Source: Gammaproteobacteria bacterium (lineage in GTDB: Bacteria > Pseudomonadota > Gammaproteobacteria > Eutrophobiales > Eutrophobiaceae). From it: a DNA stretch of 64,000 bases. The stretch is taken from the NCBI GenBank assembly GCA_965200295.1, contig OZ241347.1:3141727-3205726 (forward strand), written 5' to 3'. Positions within the stretch are counted from its first letter, which is position 1; each line of letters opens with the position of its first letter. The notes below the pieces were generated by a model. It was not told the DNA's origin and searched no databases. It saw nothing but the letters and a program-made list of their open reading frames with translations. Positions 9,426 through 18,500 of the stretch are shown here, in pieces. A program made the translations under genes and the position numbers.

Positions 9426-10685
9426 ATGAATACAATTAACAGGTATGGCACAGTCGGCGCCACCCCCAACCTGCAATCCGTGCACGACACGACCGCCGTC
9501 AAGCAGACTCGAAGCGGGCAACCGCAGGTGCTCAGCGCCGACGGCCTGTCCTACCTCAAGGCCGACGGCAAGGCGCCGGTGCCGGCTTTTGCCGGCCCGG
9601 TTCAGGTTGACCAGGACCAGCAGGGCCGGGGGGCGTTGCAAGTGATGCGAGAACATGTGCGCGCCGATGTCGATGGCCTGACCACCGCCTGGGCCGACCC
9701 GAAAGTGAACTTGTCCGATCCGCAGGGTTCGGGCTTCGGCATCAACTATTCCGAACTGATCGAAGTGCTGGTCAATCTTGACAGCGAGCAGGCCAAGGCG
9801 TCGAGGGAAGCCCATACCGAGCAGTACCGGGCGATTGCGGCCAAAGAGCGCGAGGGGGCCGAGGACATTCGCAAGGCCGGGCATCTGGAGTTCGTGGGCG
9901 CCATGATCAGTTCCTCGATGACCATCGGCGCCGGCGCCGTGCAGGTCGGCGGCGCCATGTACGCGATGGGAGCGGATGGCGGCGGCGGCGCCGGCGCCAG
10001 CGCAGAAACAGCGGGCGCCGGTGTGGAGGGCGCCACCGCGGAGACCGGCGCCGGCAGCATGACCGAGGAAGGCGGCGCGCTGTCAGCCCCGTTGGGTGAG
10101 ACCTCGATGGTCGGGGAAGCCGAGGGCGCCCCGGATGCGGTGTCCATGACCAGCGAGGACGCCGGCGCCGAGACGACTACGGAGCTGCAGACGGAGGTTG
10201 AAGAGGCCGCCTCCAACGTGGAAGCGGGCGAGGCCGAGCAAACCGAGGCGAGCGCGGACGTTGAGGATACGACGGTCGAGGAAGAAATGGAACTGACCGA
10301 ACAACAGGATGAGGAAACACAGACCAGACAGGATAAAAAAGTGCTGGACGATGACACACAAAAAATGATGCGGCAGTTCAGCAAGGATGCCCGCGCCAAT
10401 GTTTCCGCGCAGAGCAGTCAGGCGCGCCTGACCGCAGCCGGCGGCCTGTCGCAGGGACTCACGGGCGTGGGCAGCGGCGCCAAGGGCGTTGCCGATATGG
10501 GCGCGTCGGAATACCGGGCCAAGGAGCGAGAAGACCAGGCGGCGGCGGCCGAGCAGCGGGCCAGCATGGAACGGGAACGGGATTACGGAAAATCCGCCGA
10601 AGAGAATGCCAAAAAAATGATGGACATCTACGATGCCATCGCACAATCGCGTAACGCCTCGCTGGAACGGGTGCTGTCGGCATGA
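9426..10685 (+). CDS. sctB: T3SS minor translocator SctB (YopD/BopD/IpaC-like) with long acidic insertion
   Basis: AEDIRKAG..FVGAMISSS hydrophobic block and GLSQGLTGVG block. C-terminal KKMMDIYDAIAQSRNA helix typical of the YopD/SseD group. Confidence 0.72.
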   Translation: MNTINRYGTVGATPNLQSVHDTTAVKQTRSGQPQVLSADGLSYLKADGKAPVPAFAGPVQVDQDQQGRGALQVMREHVRADVDGLTTAWADPKVNLSDPQGSGFGINYSELIEVLVNLDSEQAKASREAHTEQYRAIAAKEREGAEDIRKAGHLEFVGAMISSSMTIGAGAVQVGGAMYAMGADGGGGAGASAETAGAGVEGATAETGAGSMTEEGGALSAPLGETSMVGEAEGAPDAVSMTSEDAGAETTTELQTEVEEAASNVEAGEAEQTEASADVEDTTVEEEMELTEQQDEETQTRQDKKVLDDDTQKMMRQFSKDARANVSAQSSQARLTAAGGLSQGLTGVGSGAKGVADMGASEYRAKEREDQAAAAEQRASMERERDYGKSAEENAKKMMDIYDAIAQSRNASLERVLSA

Positions 10686-10727
10686 GCCTGGAACCTGGGC
10701 TGAGCGCTTAGGCGGCAAAGGCCACCG

Positions 10728-11867
10728 ATGGGCAGCAATATCAATCCGGCGCTGGCAGGCACGCAGGCTGACCTGCATGGCGTTGCCGGCGCTGCGACGC
10801 AAGAGGTTGCCAGTTCCGAGTTCAAGGGCGAGACGGTGTCGCTGGTGCCCAGCCCCGAAGCGATACTGGCCGATTCGCTGGAGGAAATGACCTTCAGCTT
10901 CAGCGAAATCACCCAGAAAAAAGACATTGCCGAACGCAACCTGCGTTCCGGCATTAAAACCCTCAGCGCCGAACTGGCGCGCAAGTACTTGGAACAGGTG
11001 CCCGACCTGGACCAGGAGCAGTTCCAGGAATGGGCCCGCGACCTGCAACAGCAGGACCGCCCGATAAGCGTGCGGCGCTTCCAGGAACGGGCGGCGCAGC
11101 ATTTCGACGATCCGTCGCAGGCGTTCATGGCGCTGTCGTTCGCGGTGGACCTGCTGGAACAGGAAGAACCGGGGTCGGCAACCCTGGCCAACGCGATAGC
11201 AGCCCGGGATGCCTATTATGAGAGCCATGCCGAAGCAATCGACGCCGGGGTCAATATCTCCACGGAGGTGGTGAAGCCGAAATACGCCGACCTGGGCGCG
11301 CCCAACGCGTTGCGCACGGCCTACCGCGATGTGGTGCTGGACTATGAATCCATCGGCGCAGCCTACGAGAAAATCGTCGCCGATTTTCCAGGCAAGTCCA
11401 TGGCAGAGGCTATTTCTTTCCTGCTGGCGTCGTTGTCCGCCGACATTCACGCCAGCCAGGGCGACAGCAGCCGCTCGGCAAAGTTACAGGGCATCGTCAG
11501 CGACCTGTACCAGGTCAAGCAGCTCAATACCTTGCACAAGTCCTGTGAAAACCTGTTGCAACGCTGTCACAAGCTGTTCAATTCCAGGGCGCCGGATGAA
11601 CACGGCCTGACGGACAAGACGCTGGCCCTGGCCATTGAGCTGAAGGACGCGGAATGGCAAAGCGACAAGGTGCTCGACAAGGCCCTGGCAAACGTGGGCA
11701 TCAGGGCGGCCGAACCCGGCATCTACTTCCTGCAGGGTTTCAAGGAGATTGCCCGGTTGATGCCGCTGAAGCTGTTCGATGATAATAACCAGCGTGAACG
11801 CATGCTGACGTCCGTGCAACAACGGATTGACCAGGAAATTGATCGTGAAGAAGCCGAACTTGAATAA
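10728..11867 (+). CDS. sctW: T3SS gatekeeper SctW (YopN-TyeA fused, BopN/HrpJ-like)
   Basis: ADSLEEMTFSFSE, FDDPSQAFMAL, I.AGVN and LR..YRD motifs. TyeA-like end RLMPLKLFDD..QR. Confidence 0.92.
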   Translation: MGSNINPALAGTQADLHGVAGAATQEVASSEFKGETVSLVPSPEAILADSLEEMTFSFSEITQKKDIAERNLRSGIKTLSAELARKYLEQVPDLDQEQFQEWARDLQQQDRPISVRRFQERAAQHFDDPSQAFMALSFAVDLLEQEEPGSATLANAIAARDAYYESHAEAIDAGVNISTEVVKPKYADLGAPNALRTAYRDVVLDYESIGAAYEKIVADFPGKSMAEAISFLLASLSADIHASQGDSSRSAKLQGIVSDLYQVKQLNTLHKSCENLLQRCHKLFNSRAPDEHGLTDKTLALAIELKDAEWQSDKVLDKALANVGIRAAEPGIYFLQGFKEIARLMPLKLFDDNNQRERMLTSVQQRIDQEIDREEAELE

Positions 11868-12246
11868 CGCCTGGGGCCGGGAGCTCAGCAACCGGTTGCG
11901 CAGCTACCTCAACCTGCCGCCGGTGGCGGCAGCCGGAGACGGGCTGCTGAACATGGTTATCGGTGATGACAAGTACCTGTTGTCACTGGAAGCCGCCGAG
12001 GTGGAGGAGGTGGCGCTGCTGTCACTGATGAAGAAAACGGATCCGTTCCGAATCGGCGCGCAACTGCAAGCGCTGCTGACAGAGGCCGGCATCAATAAAT
12101 TCCTGCCGGCGCCAGTGCATGTTGCCTGCAAGCCGCCGGATCGGCTGGTTACCATGGTGCGCATACCCCGGCGCGACGAAAACCAGGTCAGCCGCCTGCT
12201 CGACACCTTATTCACACTGTATGACAATATTGACAAAAAACATTAA
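11860..12246 (+). CDS. SycN-like chaperone (start uncertain, 11827 or TTG 11860)
   Basis: ~130 aa ORF in the sycN position after sctW. Sequence similarity is weak by eye. Confidence 0.5.
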   Translation: MNNAWGRELSNRLRSYLNLPPVAAAGDGLLNMVIGDDKYLLSLEAAEVEEVALLSLMKKTDPFRIGAQLQALLTEAGINKFLPAPVHVACKPPDRLVTMVRIPRRDENQVSRLLDTLFTLYDNIDKKH

Positions 12247-12249
12247 CCC

Positions 12250-12573
12250 GTGAACGATACCTTACAACTGCAAGAGCAGGTGGAAGCCGGCGCCTGCCAG
12301 CTGTTCCTGAAAGGCTGGATAGACTCCAGCAATTCCTATCTGCTGGAAACCTGGCTGGATGAGAATCTGGATAAGGGCTACCAGCGCATCATCTTCCACT
12401 GCGGAGAGTTGGAGTTCGTCAGCAGCGCCGGCATTCGGGTGTTCCTGGCCGCGGTGCGCCGCATCGCCGCGCTGGACGGCTGTGAATTGGCATTCGCCGA
12501 TATCGGCGAGCAGGTGATGAACGTCTTTGCCATGACCGGACTGGTCAAACTGATCAAGCAGGTTGATGGTTAA
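12250..12573 (+). CDS. STAS-domain anti-sigma factor antagonist (SpoIIAA/RsbV/BtrV-like)
   Basis: LKGWID, LEFVSSAGIRVFL (phospho-acceptor Ser motif), V..VF.MTGL. Confidence 0.92.
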   Translation: MNDTLQLQEQVEAGACQLFLKGWIDSSNSYLLETWLDENLDKGYQRIIFHCGELEFVSSAGIRVFLAAVRRIAALDGCELAFADIGEQVMNVFAMTGLVKLIKQVDG

Positions 12574-12612
12574 CCCGCGGCGCAGCGTGCCTGGGCTGCA
12601 AGAGCGCTCGCA

Positions 12613-12993
12613 ATGAGCTCGGTTGATTACCTCGCCAGTACCGGCATTGCCAGCATCAGTTGGAACCGTTCGCAGGAAGCCGGGGAAAAACTGCCGGAAA
12701 AAACCATCAACCCCTTAGGGCGCACCCAACCCAGTTATATCGCGCGCATCTTCAAGACCGGGCAATCGGACACGCAGATCAACGAAGCGCTGGCGTTCAA
12801 GGTCAGCGATGAACGCATTCTGACGCCGGGCAATTACCAGAATATCTTAGAACAGCTGCGCGACCTCGCCGCCGCAAGCGACGCCGACGGGGACCAGGGG
12901 CAGGTGATTGCGCGCGCAGCCCACCTGCTGGATGAACTTGCCAATAACGTCAGTCTGTTGAACCTCAACCGCCAGATTCAGACGAGTTCATGA
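12613..12993 (+). CDS. sctX: SctX (YscX-like)
   Basis: 126 aa, GI..IS N-terminus, ILTP..Y and A..LLDE....LL..R C-terminus. Canonical position before sctY-sctV. Confidence 0.65.
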   Translation: MSSVDYLASTGIASISWNRSQEAGEKLPEKTINPLGRTQPSYIARIFKTGQSDTQINEALAFKVSDERILTPGNYQNILEQLRDLAAASDADGDQGQVIARAAHLLDELANNVSLLNLNRQIQTSS

Positions 12994-13340
12994 CCGCGCC
13001 GCTGCCCGGACTCAGGCCGGAACAGGTTGAATGGCTGATGATCACCGCCAACTGCCTGTTGCTGCAGCAGTATCCGGAGTCGGCGCTGACCCTGCTGGAA
13101 TTTCTGCTGTGCTATGAGCCGGAACATGCGCAGGCGTTGCTGATGCTGGGACATTGTTACCACCTGTGCGGCCGGCACGAAGAGGCGCTGAGCAGTCTTG
13201 ACCGCCTGGACGCGCAATTCCGGCAGGCCAACCCCATTATCCCCCTGCTCAAAGCCAAGGCCCTGGCCGCGGCAGGGCAGGAAGCACAGGCCAACGCCCA
13301 GCTGGATGCCTTTGCGCAAGCCTTGGAGCACTCGCAATGA
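12990..13340 (+). CDS. sctY: SctY (YscY-like TPR chaperone)
   Basis: 116 aa TPR-like, LLKAKAL...G...A motif. Overlaps sctX and sctV by ATGA. Confidence 0.72.
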   Translation: MTAPLPGLRPEQVEWLMITANCLLLQQYPESALTLLEFLLCYEPEHAQALLMLGHCYHLCGRHEEALSSLDRLDAQFRQANPIIPLLKAKALAAAGQEAQANAQLDAFAQALEHSQ

Positions 13341-15427
13341 ACAAGCTGCTGGCGCTCACCCGCCGCAACGACATCATGCTGGCGCTGCTGCTGATGGGCA
13401 TCATTTTCATGATCATCCTGCCGCTGCCGGTGTTTGTTATCGACATGTTGATCGTCATCAACCTCACCATTGCCATGGTGTTGCTGATGATGTCGGTGTA
13501 CGTGGGGTCGCCGCTGGATTTTGCCGCCTTTCCTGCGGTGTTGTTGCTCAGCACACTGTTCCGCCTGGCGCTGGCCATCTCCACCACCCGGCTGATATTG
13601 CTGCAGGCAGACGCCGGCAAGGTGGTCGAGACCTTCGGCAATTTTGTTGTGGGCGGCAACCTGATCATCGGTATGGTGATCTTCCTGATCATCACCGTGG
13701 TGCAGTTCATCGTGATTACCAAGGGCGCCGAGCGGGTGGCCGAGGTCAGCGCGCGCTTTTCGCTGGACGCCATGCCCGGCAAGCAAATGAGCATAGACGG
13801 CGATATGCGCGCCGGGGTCATCGACATGGATGAAGCCCGGCGCCGGCGCGGCCGGGTAGAGAAAGAAAGCCAGATGTTCGGCTCCATGGACGGCGCCATG
13901 AAATTCGTCAAGGGCGATGCCATTGCCGGCATTATCATCATCGGCGTCAACCTGGTCGGCGGGCTCAGCGTCGGCATATTGCAACGTGGCCTGTCCGTAG
14001 GCGAGGCCGCGCACCTGTATTCCATTCTGACCATCGGCGACGGTCTGGTGCAACAAATCCCGGGGCTGATGATTGCCTTGACGGCCGGCATCATCGTGAC
14101 CCGGGTGGATTCCGAAGAAAATGACGCCAATCTGGCGGATAATATCACCGGCCAGATTATCAGCAAGCCGCGTTCGATTCTCGTAGCGGGCGGCATCATT
14201 GCGTTGTTTGGCCTGGTGCCGGGGTTTCCGATTGTGGCGTTTTTGCTGGTCTCAGGCACGCTCATTGCCATCGGCACTCTGGCGCAGCAGCGCATGGACC
14301 GGGAGCAACAGGATGAAGACGACCTGTCCCGCGTCATGCCCAGCACCACGGAAGCCAAAATCGACACCGATGAGAACATCGGCGGCTCGCTCGCAGAGCA
14401 GGAGCAGTTTTCACTGGTGATGCCACTGCTGATCGACATGGCGCCGCGGCTGCGGGAACTGCTGGACATGAAAAAACTCAATAACGAGTTGTTGAAGGTG
14501 CGGCGCGCCCTGTACCTGGACCTGGGTGTGCCGTTTCCCGGCATCCACCTGCGTTTCAACGAAAACATCACCGACGTCAACCGCTACCTGATCCTGATGA
14601 ACGAGGTGCCGGTAGGCCAGGGCGAGTTGCTGCCCGACATGTTGTTTTACACCGACAACCTGGATCAGGTTGCCATGCTGGATATACCGTACCAGACCGG
14701 CGAGGCGTTCCTGCCCAACCGCAGCACCATCTGGATTGAACAGGGGCATGCAGAGATGCTCGACAAGCTCAACCTGTCTTACTTCACCAGCGCCAAGATC
14801 CTCACTTACCACCTGTCGCATATCCTGACGCGCTACGCGCAAGATTTCATCGGCATCCAGGAGACCGAGTACCTGCTTTCGCAAACCGAACAGACCATGC
14901 CGAACCTGACCAAGGAGGCGCAGCGGGTGTTGCCGATACACGTTATTGCCGACATCTTCCGACGCGTAGTGGCGGAAAATATTTCCATTCGCAATATGCG
15001 TTTGATCCTGGAGGGTCTGGTCGAGTGGGGACAGCGCGAGAAAGACGTGGTGTTGCTGACCGAGTACATCCGTTCCGAGCTCAAGCGTTACATCAGCCAC
15101 AAGTACAGCAGCGTGCAGAATGTACTCGCCGCGTACATCCTGGACCAGGACTTAGAGGAGCAGATCCGTTCCGCCATCCGTCAGACTTCGAGCGGCAATT
15201 ATCTGGCGCTGGACCCGGAAACCACGCGCCGCATCGTCGCCTCGGTCAAGCAGGCCGTGGGCGACATGTCACAAAAAATCCATACGCCGGTGCTGCTGAC
15301 CGCCTTCGACATACGCCGCTACGTCAGAAAAATCGTCGAGGCGGAGCTGTATGAACTGGCGGTGCTGTCGTACCAGGACTTAACGCCGGAAGTCACCGTG
15401 CAACCGCTGGAGCGCATTACACTGTGA
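13337..15427 (+). CDS. sctV: T3SS export gate SctV (LcrD/YscV/EscV)
   Basis: FHIPEP signature ITKGAERVAEVSARFSLDAMPGKQMSIDGD...GSMDGAMKFVKGDA in a non-flagellar gene context. Confidence 0.97.
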   Translation: MNKLLALTRRNDIMLALLLMGIIFMIILPLPVFVIDMLIVINLTIAMVLLMMSVYVGSPLDFAAFPAVLLLSTLFRLALAISTTRLILLQADAGKVVETFGNFVVGGNLIIGMVIFLIITVVQFIVITKGAERVAEVSARFSLDAMPGKQMSIDGDMRAGVIDMDEARRRRGRVEKESQMFGSMDGAMKFVKGDAIAGIIIIGVNLVGGLSVGILQRGLSVGEAAHLYSILTIGDGLVQQIPGLMIALTAGIIVTRVDSEENDANLADNITGQIISKPRSILVAGGIIALFGLVPGFPIVAFLLVSGTLIAIGTLAQQRMDREQQDEDDLSRVMPSTTEAKIDTDENIGGSLAEQEQFSLVMPLLIDMAPRLRELLDMKKLNNELLKVRRALYLDLGVPFPGIHLRFNENITDVNRYLILMNEVPVGQGELLPDMLFYTDNLDQVAMLDIPYQTGEAFLPNRSTIWIEQGHAEMLDKLNLSYFTSAKILTYHLSHILTRYAQDFIGIQETEYLLSQTEQTMPNLTKEAQRVLPIHVIADIFRRVVAENISIRNMRLILEGLVEWGQREKDVVLLTEYIRSELKRYISHKYSSVQNVLAAYILDQDLEEQIRSAIRQTSSGNYLALDPETTRRIVASVKQAVGDMSQKIHTPVLLTAFDIRRYVRKIVEAELYELAVLSYQDLTPEVTVQPLERITL

Positions 15428-15536
15428 GTGCGTGCGACGCGCGCTCCTCGCCCTTGTGTAACCGTCCGCGCGCGCTCAGAGAATAAACACGGCGGCGCCG
15501 TCTCCGCCACTCAGCAAGTCGTCCCCGCCGCCCCGC

Positions 15537-18500
15537 TCAACTGATAGCAACGTTCAGGTCGGACGTGTCCCAGCCGTCGGCCAGGAAGTTCTCCAGGGTC
15601 ACGCCGTGTTCACGGGCGGTGTCGGTGTAAATCACCAGGTCATCGCCCTGCTCTTCCACGAAGTTCGCCAGCATGTCACTCTTGTCGGTAAACGCCACAT
15701 TCCGGAAGAATAGCGTGTCTTTAGTGCCGGCCTTGGAGTACAGATCGGTAATGACGTCATGGCCGCTGTCGCCATAGAGGTAGAAGAAGTCGCCGTCGGG
15801 GCCGCCGGTGAGGACATCATTGCCGGGGCCGCCGTTGAGCACATCGACGCCCGCGCCGCCGTCGAGGATGTCATCGCCACCCTCGCCGTACAGTTGGTCC
15901 CTGCCGGCGCCGCCGTTGAGGCGGTCATTGGCGGCACTGCCACGAATGATGTTGTCCCCCACCGTGCCAGTAATCGTCAGGCCGTCGATGACCGGCAGGG
16001 TGTCGGTGTCTGAGTCTGAATCGGGCGTTGTGTCGTCGTCGGTCGGCTGTGCTTGGGCCTCCAACTCGGTTAAGACGGTGACCACCGGGTCCCAGCGTTC
16101 CCACCCCCGGTTGGCGTAGGTCTTGGCTTCGGCGGCGGTCATCAGCGGCAGGTCGGCAAAGGCCGCATCGGTCTCGCCCAAGGTCTTCAGTACCCGCTGC
16201 CAACGTTCCACATGGGCCTCGCCGTGCTCGGTCTCGGCCATATAGCCGCGTATATCGGCAATCAGGTCGGCGAGGGGGTCGGCTGGCGGTGGTGGTGGCG
16301 GGGGCGGGTCGTCGTTGTCGAGGAGGGTGGCTGTGCCTGTAGCCGTGCCTAAGGTGGCGGCGGTAGGGTTGCTCAAGGTGACGGTGAAGGTCTCGTCGGT
16401 CTCATCTAAGCTGTCGTCTGTAGTCGCTATTGTAATGGTGGCGCTTTGCTGACCGGCAGCAAGGGTGACGGTCTGGCCGGTGCGCGCCGTGTAGTCACTT
16501 CCGGCCGAGGCGGTGCCGTCGGCGGTAGTCCAAGCTACGGTGACATCCTTACTCGAAACAGCATCGAGTGTAATCGTGAACTGCGCGGTATCCCCCTCGG
16601 TCACACTTACATCGTCGATAGACAATACCGGTGGCGCATCGTTATCGGTGAGGGTGGCTGTGCCTGTAGCTGTGCCTAAGGTGGCGGCGGTGGGGTTGCT
16701 CAAGGTGACGGTGAAGGTCTCGTCGGTCTCATCTAAGCTGTCGTCTGTAGTCGCTATTGTAATGGTGGCGCTTTGCTGACCGGCAGCAAGGGTGACGGTC
16801 TGGCCGGTGCGCGCCGTGTAGTCACTTCCGGCCGAGGCGGTGCCGTCGGCGGTAGTCCAAGCTACGGTGACATCCTTACTCGAAACAGCATCGAGTGTAA
16901 TCGTGAACTGCGCGGTATCCCCCTCGGTCACACTTACATCGTCGATGGACAGTACCGGTGGCGCATCGTTATCGGTGAGGGTGGCTGTGCCTGTAGCTGT
17001 GCCTAAGGTGGCGGCGGTGGGGTTGCTCAAGGTGACGGTGAAGGTCTCGTCGGTCTCATCTAAGCTGTCGTCTGTAGTCGCTACCGTAATAGTGGCGCTT
17101 TGCTGACCGGCGGCAAGGGTGACGGTCTGGCCGGTGCGCGCCGTGTAGTCACTTCCGGCCGTGGCGGCGCCGTCGGCGGTGGCCCAAGCTACGGTGACAT
17201 CCTTACTCGAAACAGCATCGAGTGTAATCGTGAACTGCGCGGTATCCCCCTCGGTCACACTTACATCGTCGATGGACAGTACCGGTGGCGCATCGTTGTC
17301 GGTAAGGGTGGCTGTGCCTGTAGCTGTGCCTAAGGTGGCGGCGGTGGGGTTGCTCAAAGTTACCGTGAAGGTCTCCTCGGTCTCATCTAAGCTGTCGTCT
17401 GTAGTCGCTACCGTAATAGTGGCGCTTTGCTGACCGGCGGCAATGGTTAACGTCTGCGCTGTGCTGGTAGCTGTGTAATCACTCCCGGCTGTGGCCGTGC
17501 CGTCAGCAGTAGTCCAGTCCACAGTAACATCGCTGGTCCACACCTTGTCCAGACTCACAGTGAATTGGGCAGTGTCGCCTTCAGTGACACTCACGTCGGC
17601 GATGGCTACCACCGGCGGGGGTGGAGGAGGCGTGGCCGGTTCCGGCGGCTGTTGCGCTTCGATCTCTGTCAAGGCCGTGACCACCGGGTCCCAACGCGCC
17701 CAGCCCTTGTCGGCGTAGGTTTTGGCCTCGGCCGCGGTCATGGAGTCAAGGCTGGCAAAGGCCGCATCGGTCTCGCCTAAGGCCTTGAGCACCCGGTTCC
17801 AGCGGGTGATATGCTCATCGCCGTTGCCGGCCTCTGCCGCATAGCCGCGCACATCGGCAATCAGGGTGGCGTAGGGGTGGGCCGGATCGGGATCGGAGGG
17901 GGCGGGGGTAGTCCCTGGCGCGGTGACGGTAATCTCACCGCTGGTGTCACCATGCGTGGCGCCCATCACATGGGACAGCGTCAGCGTCAAGCCGGTGTCT
18001 GTGGTCTGCACCTGTAACGCCTGCTCGGTCCCACCCGCTGGAATCTGCACCCTGCCCCATTGTCCGTCAGATGCCGTCCACAGCAGCTGCACGTGTCCCA
18101 CAGTGGCGTGGGACAAGCGCACCACCGGCGCCGCTTCGTCCCCGGCCGTCACCGTTACGTCGGAGATCGACACCGTAGGCAGGTCGTCGTTGTTGAGGAT
18201 AATGCCCGTGCCCGAACTGCGCCCCAGGATCACGCCATTGGGAGAGTGGAGCAGCACGGCCACCGTCTCGTGCGGCTCTGCCACGGCGTCATCGACGGTG
18301 GTGATGGTGAAGGTCTTGCGGGTCTCGCCCGCCTCGAAGCTCACTGTGCCCCGGGTGGAGCCGGTGTAGTCAACACCGCCCGTGGCGCTGAGGCCAAAGG
18401 CCTCCCAGACTACCGACACGGCGGCGCTCGCGGCATGGGACAAAGTCACCTCGATGTGCAGAGCCTCTCCCTCCGGCGCGCTCGCATCATGGATGTATGC

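Noticed and set aside
10690-10720. hrp-box/ECF promoter (GGAACC) before sctW
   Set aside because: The nearest CCAC is not at the 15-16 bp spacing, and no matching box was seen before other T3SS operons.
13337-15427. Flagellar FlhA interpretation
   Set aside because: The neighbours are SctW/X/Y, translocators and needle genes; no flagellar genes are present.
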